Shown one piece after another: positions 12,001 to 22,143 of a DNA stretch of 64,000 bases. The notes under the pieces were generated by a model. The model was not told the DNA's origin. It did not search any database and was given only the letters and a program-made list of their open reading frames with translations. Where the stretch lies: NCBI GenBank assembly GCA_026026165.1, contig JAPEUD010000040.1, forward strand, positions 1 through 64,000, read 5' to 3'. Position 1 is the stretch's first letter, and the number at the start of each line of letters is the position of its first letter. The position numbers were made by a program, and so were the translations under genes. This DNA comes from Sarea resinae. Lineage: Eukaryota.

Positions 12001-12439
12001 CTTCTTAATTGCGTAAATAACTACACCTGTAGTAGTTCTCTTTGTACGTGCTACAGCATATATTTATCTCTGTTAGAGTAGAGTTAGTTTTAGTAAAACA
12101 TACTAGGTTATAAAGGTTTAGAGGATGATTTAGCGGATTTAATATAGTGCAGAGTATGTAGGACTCTCTAAAGTAAACATATAGAGTATATTGTCATACT
12201 ATTATTCTTATTCTACAACTCTTATAGTCTTATCGCATCTAACCCCTAAATGTTACCTCTATGTGTTACCTTTCAATGATCTTATCTTATCAATCTATCC
12301 CTTATCTTATCAATCAACCTGCATATACCTAGTAGGTAGGCTGTAGGCCCTACAGCCAATTGAGCCTGCCTAAACCCAACCCGATTATGTAATCAGGCGG
12401 GCTAACCCGCCTAAAGCTTAATTTAGGCCGAGTACCTAA

Positions 12440-12465
12440 ACCTAAGTAGACAGCCTAGGTAAAGC
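12440..12465. repeat. Right 18-bp TIR (12440-12457) and right 8-bp TSD (12458-12465)
   Basis: ACCTAAGTAGACAGCCTA followed by GGTAAAGC. Confidence 0.95.
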
Positions 12466-14930
12466 AATAGGTAGTGTAATAATAGCAAGTGTAATAGGCT
12501 AAAAGCAATTACAAACACTTAGCAAACAATACTATAAAGCATATAATAAGAATATATACTAAGACCTTTCTAAGCCTATATTTATTAATAGACTTGCTTT
12601 AAAAGATATATAATAGGTAGTAATTAGTCTTCTATATCTAAAGGCATATAACTATATAATAATAACAAGTGTTACACCTTAGGTTTACTACCTTATAGTC
12701 ACTAGCATTTTAAATAGCCTAAGCCTATATCTTATACTTATTTAACTAATTAGTAATATAAACAAGCATAACTAATATATAAGCTAAATAAGTATAATAA
12801 CTTAAATAATAAGTTATAAAAGAGCTACTAAAGGCCTAACCTTTATAGCCTTTCCTAGATTAAGTTAGAGTAGTAGTAGGTAGTAAAGGCGCAGCAATAA
12901 CTATCTTACTCTAAGAAGCTAGTTTATACTAATAATAAACATTAGCTACTATAGTAACAGATAATATTAGTATAACAATAAGTAAAAACAATATCTAATA
13001 GGTAAAGACTATAAACACTAAATAAACTACTCTAGTTATTACTATAAACAATATAAATAACCTATAATAAGATAACTAAACAAGCTAATTATAATAGCAC
13101 TATAAGAATTATTGCATTAAATATAAAAGAGATAGTAAATAATACACTTACTAGCTAGCTAAATATAGTGCAATATATAAAGGATAAAAACAAAGAGATA
13201 ATATAATAATATAAAGCAACTAAAACAACCTTTAAATTATAGCTTAAGGTTTGTTAATAAGGTAAGAAGACTGTTTATAAGGCTCTACTAATTTATCTAC
13301 TAAGCTAACTAGATATTTACCTCTACTAACACCTAATAAAAACATAAATTATATAATTACAACTAGTTACAAAGTATAAAGAATTAGTATAAACACTAAG
13401 ACAGCTAATATAAGGTTATAAGGTATACTATAGCTAAACCTTATAAATAAGTATAAAACAATTACTGCAATAACTAATAGGTGTATAATATAAAGAAATC
13501 TATATAAGTAAAATATAAAGATATAATTAGTAAATAAGCACAATATAAATAGCTAAAATCTATAGATATATAAGCCTAATTACAAACACAGAACTATAAA
13601 AATAGAAAACACTAATAGAAGGTTATAACCTACTTAACACTGTCTCCTACGTTATAAAACAAAGGATACTAAAAAGCCTAAATAAGGGAAATAATAAGGC
13701 GACTACAAACAGCGATCAGTAAAATTCGCTCTAAACTAGAATAAAGAAGTTAAACAAAGGAAAAACTAAGAGCGATCCTAGGTAGTGTAACGCCTAGACC
13801 TACTAATTCTAAAACAAAGAAATAATAATAAAGATAAACATATAAAAAAAACAACTAAAAAGGGCGATAAACAGCAACAGGCTAAATTACTAACAGCTTA
13901 AACAAAGTATACTAAGCAATAAAAATTAGAGATAACTATAAGAGGCACACTAACTAAAGCCTACTAGTGTTAAGAATAAAGAAACACAATAAAGAAATAA
14001 TAAACAAAGAAATAACTAGTATAACTATAAACAGCAATTAGTAAAATTCGCTCTAACTTAGAACAAAGAAGTTAAATAAAAAGAAGATATAAAGACAACT
14101 ACAAGCAGTGAAAACGCTTAGAACCTCTAAAACTACAAACTAAAAGAACAATTATTACTATAAGAACACTAGAACTACCTAACCTATAATAAATATATAA
14201 GTATAAAGCACTTGCCTCTAGCTACAGTCTATAAATAGATACAAAGCTAAATAATAGAAAAACAACAACAATAAACATACAAACCTATAAATAGTACTAG
14301 CGTTATAGACAACACTATATAAAAAAGAGAGAACTATATTAAGAAGTAGGTAACTCTTTACTAAGTATACTAAGTAGTGTTTAAGGCCTACAAACCTTAG
14401 AGGTTTATTAGTTTAAGAGTTTAGTATAACTAGTCTCTTTTTATTTAACTATTTAGGAGTTTAGCACAAACAGCACTCTTTTATCTAGCTGTTTAGCCTT
14501 TAGAGCACTATATATATTCTATCTCTATAAAGTAGCTAGCAAAGTAGTTGCTAATACTATCCTATTATAAATCATTGTTTGTACTCTATTTATAAGTTTA
14601 TAGATTTGTACAAACCTTACGCATATTCTTTGCATGTATAAACTAAGTTAGCCTAGCTACTTACACCTTTAAAGCACTATATATACTCTCTTTCTATAGA
14701 GTAGTTAGTAGAGTAGTTACTAATTCTATATTATTATAAGTTATTTTTTGCCTTTTGTTAAGAAACTAAGTTAGTCTAGCTACTTATTTAAAGGTAAAAG
14801 AAAGCTAGTCTCTTTATTACTACCTATAAAGATTAATTAATATAACTTAGCATAGAAAGAGAAAGAGAGGATAATAGAATAAGGCTCTAACTAAGTCTCT
14901 AACCAAGTCTCTAACTAAGTACACACTCTT
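12466..14930. mobile_element. Heavily RIP-degraded repeat DNA, continuation of the sequence interrupted by the hAT insertion
   Basis: Very AT/TpA-rich; contiguous with 5092 through the TSD; internal diverged direct repeats (~13700-13830 vs ~14020-14140; ~14480-14570 vs ~14645-14740); abrupt switch to normal GC at ~14930. Confidence 0.65.
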
Positions 14931-15156
14931 TATCTACTCGCCGTTCGACCCATTCGATCTCAGTCGATTGTCTTTGATGACCACTGACTACCGCACGTCA
15001 GCTCGACCAGATCATCATCATCACGCCTAATTACGCAACGGCTTTCGCGGCACAGCCTTTGTTTGTACGTCAGAGCTAATGTACTCTGGCTCATCTCGAT
15101 TGGTTAATCTCGAAAAAAAAAACACTCCGATTTCTCCGAAGTCCCTCATCGCAGCT

Positions 15157-16772
15157 TCAAATGGTCAAATCGAGGTCCAGCCCTGTCTTCGCCTTGATGT
15201 CGGCCATGACCGTTTCCATAGGAGTGAAGATGGTCAGGTCCGCGAAAATGTTCGCCTCGGTGCCGCCGATCAGCAGCCCACACACGGTCGCGGGCCCAGG
15301 CCCAGTGTTCGTCACGATCCAGCTTCCAGAGTCACCGCGACTCGAAAAAAACTCTCGGCGGCTGCGTCGGCCCTTCGTACGCAATCGCGTACTCACGCGT
15401 CACAACCCGTCGCCGGATCCCCTTTGCATCCACCATTCGATTACCTTCTAGGCTCGCAAAGACGCGATGACGGAGAATGCGTCCGGTCGTCCTCGCCGTC
15501 GTGCGTCCAACTTTCCGAACCAGCCCTCCTGGGACCACGGCGGATATATCGCTGATGGGGACCCCATCAATCATGTTGCGGCCCTCTCGGGTGCTGCGGA
15601 CCAGCGCCCAATCCACGGTTAAGTGGTTTTGTTCGAGAGACACCGACTTTTCCTGGAGCCCTTCCCTTGTCTCAGCATCGAGTACGGCGTTCTCGATGTC
15701 ACGATCGCCGTTGTCTTGTTTACCAAATGATACAGGTGCTCGGAAAAAGTACGCCACTGTACCTAGATGTCGTCGATCAACAGAGGTCGTTATCAGATAC
15801 TCCTCTAGCTTGCTCGCAATGCTCGTCACAGTCTGCTGAGCCTCGGCCGCTCGCTCTTCAAGCCGTTGAATGTTGTGGTCACTTTCAACGCCTAGCACTA
15901 TCCGGCGTTCGGCGGCTTTCTCTTGGTAGAAATCGATGGTCGCTCGCTGGTTCTCCACATCTCTCTCAAGCTCCTCCTGTCTCAAACGAGAATCTTCATT
16001 CGAGGGTTGGCAGATAGGTGTCCAGGGCGACTGGACGACTGAATCTGTATCTACTACACCTGCACCAACATGCCCTGCTGTCATCACATACGTCTCCGCT
16101 CTACTAGAATCTTCGAGGTATCCTCCGAGCGATCCCGTGCCTTCGTATAGCGAGGCCAGTCCCAGAGATGATCCGAGCGGTGGATGCAGGTGGCAGCAGC
16201 CAGCAATACCCGGGTCGAACGAGCTTCCTACAGCTCCTGCGACAATAATAAACGATCCTCCGTGAAACAAGGAATGGGGAATCATATGGCTCTCAGGAAA
16301 GACGAGAACCATTACGACGGCTTCCTGGTCCGTTTCTTCAGTAACAAGACGGGCAGGGAACAAGACCCAACCGTCGTCGACCGCTTGCGCCTCTGCGACT
16401 TCAGCCACGCCAAGGGCAACTTGGCGCATCCTATTAATATCCCAGTCGCTGTCGCCAAGGTCGTGCCTGGTGGAAAGTCTTCCATTCCAGCGCTCGAAAA
16501 AGGGCGCCAGGTCCGGCGAAAATGTTATGGCCGGAGAGGATGTAGAGAGGGTTTCAGCTGATCGTGGTGACATGCTGGGTGAGAGCGACAGGCGTTGCAA
16601 CGATGTCTTCCGGCGCGGCGGCGTTACTACTGTCTCTCTCGATGGCTGGGCTATCCTTGCATTGTCGCTTATCGGAACAAGGGCATTTGTCTTGTCGGGC
16701 TATCTTCGCGGCACGAGCGGGCGGGTTCAGGCTACTGTCACTCCTGGATCGCTTATGCGCTGATTCCGCCAT
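15157..16772 (-). pseudogene. Trypsin-like (PA clan) serine protease-domain gene with apparent frameshifts
   Basis: GSLGGYL, TAGHV (His), DWALV (Asp), KVGRTT and GDSGS (Ser). The GDSGS segment is out of frame at a 7-base homopolymer (15345-15351), and the N-terminal ORF is in another frame near 16690. Confidence 0.7.
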
Positions 16773-17441
16773 GATAGCGACACTAATCTTATAAGAATTC
16801 GAGATGGGGAAGAGAGGTCATGAAACGGTCTGGGAGGAAGACGAAAACAAGACAGGTCTACGGACTGTCTACGAGAGGCCACTTTGTTCAAAACAGACAA
16901 GGCCGGAGAAAGATATCAGTTTACTACACTAGAACCGATTGATCGATTTTTAGAAGGCACCACGGACGCCAGCCCAGCTCACAACGATTACACTGTCGCC
17001 AGTGCTCTCCCAAGCTACTCCGCCGGGGGACGAGCTGGAAGCGTCGTGGCCAAGCGATAGCCATCCAGGTTAGCCATCCAGGTTCAGTTTTCCGTCGCTC
17101 GATTTCCAATCGAACGGGAATTGATCTGAACGAAGACACTTTTGAGAAGATATTAAAAATATCTGAGTCTCATTATCTCTGATGACAAACTCGATCCTTT
17201 TTGCTGTCATCACTCTCTAATTCAATCCAACGCACTAGTAGAGACAGCACGCAGCTATCGTTCTCGTAGCAAATAATTGTCCGCGAAGTTGTCGCGTCTT
17301 TCCCCTAGCTCTTCGTCTGTGCTATTGTTGCAGCGACTTCAGTTAAAGCTCTATTTTTTGTCATCGTGATCTACTCTATATTAATTCTATTACAAGGTTC
17401 TTAGTGACTAAAGAGATACATTACTAGCTGTACTAAGAAGC

Positions 17442-19712
17442 TTAGAAAGCTCTATTAATCACGGAGCTATATGCCTCTTCTAGGTATCTTATACAGAACG
17501 CATGTTGTCGGTAATAATCAAGGTCAAAGGAATCCCAGCTTGGCCCAAATCTCCGGCCGAATTCTTGAACGGAGTAACACCCCGTCTCGTTGAAAATAGG
17601 AGAGTCAAACCACATATTGCCCGACACCCGACATGACGTCCACGCAGGGTTATGTACAACATCACAATCGTCGCCATTCGGTTCGGTCCATCCCCAAGCT
17701 CGTTTATCGACGAGGAATTCTGCCATTGCTCTGTCTTGGTCTCCCAGATGACTAGAAGTATGCGCGGAAAACTTGTGTTCTTCAGCTTTGAATCTCGCAA
17801 GATTGATAAATGTAGCACTGAGATCGGCGGTGGTGAATATAGGCCTGGCCGAGTGGCATATCTTTGGGTTTGGCTACCGACCCACAAGGTTAGAAAATAG
17901 GACGTTTCTTGGGTGATGAAAACATGAACTTACAACGTCCAGTCGAACGCAGCGATCCTGCCAAGACCCCTCTTTCGTTTGATTATAGTTCCAGACCGTC
18001 CAAGGTGACTCGACTTTCAAACCGACGAGATCCTGCAGGAGTTCCCCACTGCTGAATACACCACTAAAAGCTGTCGATTCGTATGTATTGCCACCTTCGG
18101 TGATGAGCAGATACCTTGCCGATGCGCATTTTGGATCCAGATCGGCCAATTGACCAACAACCCAGTCGATCGCTCGATATTTCGAATCGGCCGCAGGATT
18201 GCTAGAGCGAATGTCTTCTGGAATACCAACAAGCTTAATGCGTGGATCGAGCGTACGGGAAACGATCTCCTCCAGGGTCGAGGTGAGACCTAAGAACTCG
18301 GAGGTTCCATCTGCCAGGAACACAAGAGCTCTCCAGTTATTATTGTCTTGTGTCTGGAGGGAGCGCAACATATCTGCGAGCTTGAAGATTTCGTCATCCT
18401 TGTGCTTTTCCGAGGTTGGAATGACTACGCAAACATCCGTCCTCTCATCTGCTACCAGCTCTAGTCGAGCGCTGCGGTCCAGCTCAATCTGGGTTGAGAT
18501 ATCTGGCCAGACGTGGAGTTCCTCCGATAGATCCAGAGCATTTCTCATCGCTATTCCGTAACCATCACCAAATTGTACACTTGGTTCCATCGCATTACCT
18601 TCGCCCCATTCGTTCAGGGCATTGATGAAGAAAAAGTTCTCTGATCCAATAGGGTTAGGATCTGACTTGATTTTTCGAAGCATCTCCACTACGTGGTATT
18701 GCCAAGTTTTGGGGTGACAGGCAGGCTGGGGACTGCCTAATCCGTCAGTGGCATGTCGAGGAGTGCTATCCCAACAGACAAGAGTGCCACGATGATAGAT
18801 GCGTGCAATCCGCTTCGTAAACGGATGTCGCTGGTGTTCGAAGCCGGCACAGTGTGGTTGAAACTCACTGACGGCATCAGGTATAGCGTCATTCCATTTT
18901 TCTGAACCCCAGCGAGTCTCAATGATGTCCATACCGCCCAGCCCTTCCTCGACGGCCCACTGCCGCCATGCGGCAAACATATGCACCCCAAGCTCTCCCA
19001 TATGTGATGGCTTGTAAATCATGAATTGAACGCGTCCCTCCGAGCGAATGTATTGCGAGTGGCGGAAGAACGGCAAAAGCCAATCAAAATGCGCTCTCCA
19101 ATCCCGAATCGAGCCATAATGCTGGGCGATGAAGACATTCTTTGAGTCGACGCCGTCCCACCTTGGGCTCCATGGTTCATTTGCCCAGCTCAGCATAAAC
19201 GGCGTGTTCGGTTCGCCATCATCTAACATGGCCTGGATGACACCGTCCATCACCGGTTTACCCGCAAACCAGTAGTGGTGATACACAGCGCCATGAATGC
19301 CACTGTCTCGCAAGAACCGACCTTGACGCTGCCTTGTGTGAAAGTCGAGGCCATTGTAATAGCCTACCGACTCGTGAGGCCTGATGGTCTCCAGACCGTG
19401 TACGTTGTGTGTCACCTTGCGAACATTATCCCATTCGGTGAAATTCACACCCCAGATTTGGTCATTTTCGGGGAAAGGATAGTATTGCGGAAAAATATAG
19501 ACAATCGATTTCACGGAGTATCCAGGGCGGCCATGAGATGTGTGAGACTTATGGGCGCAAAACTGTTCAGGGGCCTGGAGGAGGATGTTGAGCTGTCTCT
19601 GCAGCTTGTCTGTCGGAATTCGTCGTTGCTGAAAGAGTAGGGCCAGAGCACCTAATAGGACAAGAGTCGCGGCGACTTTCGACAAACGACGACTAATCGG
19701 TAGCAGGACCAT
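17442..19712 (-). CDS. WbsX-family / GH99-like glycoside hydrolase-fold protein with N-terminal membrane anchor and C-terminal extension
   Basis: FPQYYPFPEND..WG..FTEW.NV, HYWF.GK, WANEPW and INALNEWGEG motifs; hydrophobic N-terminus; intron starting gtaagt at 17933; last exon in the frame of ORF 17442-17726. Confidence 0.8.
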
Positions 19713-19883
19713 GATGTCGCCACGCAAATATGTTTTTGCAAAGAGTACATTAAGTTCACACGAAGTTCACTTAGAGTTCGAAATTTGGATATAGAAGAGG
19801 AGAAAAAGGGTGCCGGATGGGAGGGGAAGATGAAGCCCTCCCATGAGGTCGCCATACCACACTGAAAGTAGGGGTGCCAGGTA

Positions 19884-19916
19884 GGGGGGGGGGGGGGGGG
19901 GGGGCAGGGGGGGGGA
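19884..19916. repeat. Poly-G tract
   Basis: Interrupted G homopolymer upstream of the WbsX-like gene. Confidence 0.9.
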
Positions 19917-20555
19917 ATGCAAGGCATTCCTTCGTAGGAATTCTGCAGTGGTGCACAACCAGTGCTTCGTACCACGCGATGGGATGCAATGCGTGCAGAG
20001 GGGTTTAAATCTAGATGTAGATGCCACGTTCTCTCCCTATCGTGGGCGCATTCTTTGCGCAAGCTCTACTCGGTTCGGCTTGGTTCTACAGTTGTACAAG
20101 GCGCATTCTAAAGCTATCTCTGCTGCCACTGTTCTACCGTAGGTAGGTAGGTAGGTAGTAAAGACTCCTACTAGCATTAAGACAGACAGGCGAATAATAG
20201 ATACAACCACCCAGCGAAGCCGTATTGCAGCCCTTACAACACACTGTCTTTATATTTAGTCCCAGCTTAGTCATGATAGGAGGGAATTGACAGTGAAATA
20301 AGAGCTTGTACGAGGGAGAGGTAGAAAAATAGAGCTGGTAGAGATTATAGACTGAAAATAGGCAATGTTACTACCTTTCCTCGGCCTTGTATCCTTTCCT
20401 ATACTAATTCTATTCTATAACTGCGACGCGAGACTCTGTGCGCTTAGCAGATTTTCTAAAAGATCCAGGGCCTAGCAGATAGTAATAGAGATTATCTGCT
20501 CTTCTGCATGGTCTTTTCTGTCCTTCTATCCCAAGTAATCTAGGTGCAACCTGCC

Positions 20556-21389
20556 TCATGTAACGCGCCGCCCATCCAAATCAGTTAGTACGCCAGTCTG
20601 TCTTGCCACATCAACAATTTGATCCACAACAGCCACAACATCCTTGCTCTTTATCGGCAGCCTATGTTCGCCATCCCACTCAACGATCCTCGTACTCCCC
20701 TCCTCACAATACTCTTCGAGCAGGCATCTATGCAACTCGATGCCAGGGTCCCTCAACCCATGCACGTGGACTGTCGGCAGGCGCAAGACTTGGTCGTGGG
20801 TCCTGAAGCTCGACTCTGGATAAGAGAGGTTTGTCGTGATTTGCGAGGCGTCTGGCATTGCGGAGCTCACGACGAGATCTGGATCGAACGAGATTAGGGG
20901 TGCGCGTCCAGCGAGCAGCACCGCGAAGCCGTAGTTCGACCCGGCGTTCTGCTTTCCGAGCCTCTCAGCGCGTAGTTGTTGCCGGAATAAAAGACTCGCG
21001 GCCACCTTGGCGCCCTGGCTAAAGCCCAACAGGGCGACCCACTCGCCCGTAGCGCCGTGGCAGTCGTCCTCGGCCATTGCGGTCTGCAAGGAGCGTTGAA
21101 TGTCGTCGAACACGGTCGTGGCGTCAAGTTCGGGTTGCTGGAGCGACCATCGCAGCCAGCACCGGAAAGGTCCGTGATCTTGGAAGATAGGAATCATGGC
21201 GGGGTGCGGCGGCGAGACAAAAGGCGCGTTAGCGAAGCAGAGCCTGAAGTGTGGTTTCAGTTGCGCTATTAGGGCTCGGCATTGGATACGGAAGATTTCT
21301 GCGTTTGTGCCGCCGCCGTGGAGGCAGAGTATGCGCGGTAGGTGGAGAGTAGAGTCCGAGGCTTCTTTGTAGGCTCTACTGGGTGCCAT
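20556..21389 (-). CDS. FSH1-family serine hydrolase/esterase (LovG/CtnB-like)
   Basis: RILCLHGGGTN, GFSQG nucleophile elbow, HVHGLRDP and WDGEHRLP; intronless, 277 aa. Confidence 0.92.
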   Translation of the reverse strand: MAPSRAYKEASDSTLHLPRILCLHGGGTNAEIFRIQCRALIAQLKPHFRLCFANAPFVSPPHPAMIPIFQDHGPFRCWLRWSLQQPELDATTVFDDIQRSLQTAMAEDDCHGATGEWVALLGFSQGAKVAASLLFRQQLRAERLGKQNAGSNYGFAVLLAGRAPLISFDPDLVVSSAMPDASQITTNLSYPESSFRTHDQVLRLPTVHVHGLRDPGIELHRCLLEEYCEEGSTRIVEWDGEHRLPIKSKDVVAVVDQIVDVARQTGVLTDLDGRRVT

Positions 21390-22143
21390 TTTCGAGGCTT
21401 GCGACGAATGTCGAGATCAGACTTGATTTGGAAGGAAGCCGTGAGAGGTAGTCTCGGCCTGCACAGCGTCAACAGCCCGGTGATGTGACACCGTGTCGAG
21501 AGTTCTGTGTTTGAGCTTGAAATAGATCTGGCTCTCCGTTTTCTGATTTATCAGATTTCTGAAGAATTCGTCCTCTCCACAAAAGAAGTCCTCCGTAATT
21601 TTAGAGACTGTAGAAGTAGACAGTTGTTTCGATCGGAATAGATAAAAGATGCAAGACAGCTGGAGGCTAGTTGGGGTATGACATACTTTTCAGACGATAA
21701 GCAATTGCTCACTCGGGTCCTGGCAGAGCCTGATCTTATCTGAGATCTCGGCGGGTAGCAGTTTCTGCACGGACCAGCCTACTCCGGAGTACACCAACTC
21801 GTCACGCCCCACACACACCGATCATCACGAATTCCAGCCTTATCTGAACGGCTACTCATCTTTCGTTATCTCATCTCACCACCGTAGGAGAGCGATCCTG
21901 ACGATGTTTGCTGGGGCCAAGCAGCAGGTTGTTTTCGTAGCTATAGTTTCACAGATGAATTTTCTTTCTTGACTTACTCTGACAACATTATGGCCTTGCT
22001 CGGAGAAAACCACTGCAGAAGGGATTGAGCTACGTGTATCTTGCAACCTAGTGTCCTGAATAAACAGAGCTCTTGAGAAGCGAAATCTTCTCATCGGCTA
22101 AGCTATATATAGCTGCACAACCGGGGTCCAACCGTTTTCTAGA

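Larger units (their letters stand above)
5093..12457 (+). mobile_element. Full-length hAT-superfamily DNA transposon (7,365 bp) with histone H3-like and unknown cargo genes, RIP-inactivated
   Basis: Perfect 18-bp TIRs TAGGCTGTCTACTTAGGT (5093-5110) and ACCTAAGTAGACAGCCTA (12440-12457); identical 8-bp flanks GGTAAAGC at 5085-5092 and 12458-12465 (an 8-bp TSD is typical of hAT); internal hAT transposase motifs. Confidence 0.96.

Noticed and set aside
124..14930. Telomere-linked RecQ helicase or telomere-targeted non-LTR retrotransposon
   Set aside because: No helicase or reverse-transcriptase motifs recognised; the coding remnants are hAT, H3-like and Gypsy integrase.
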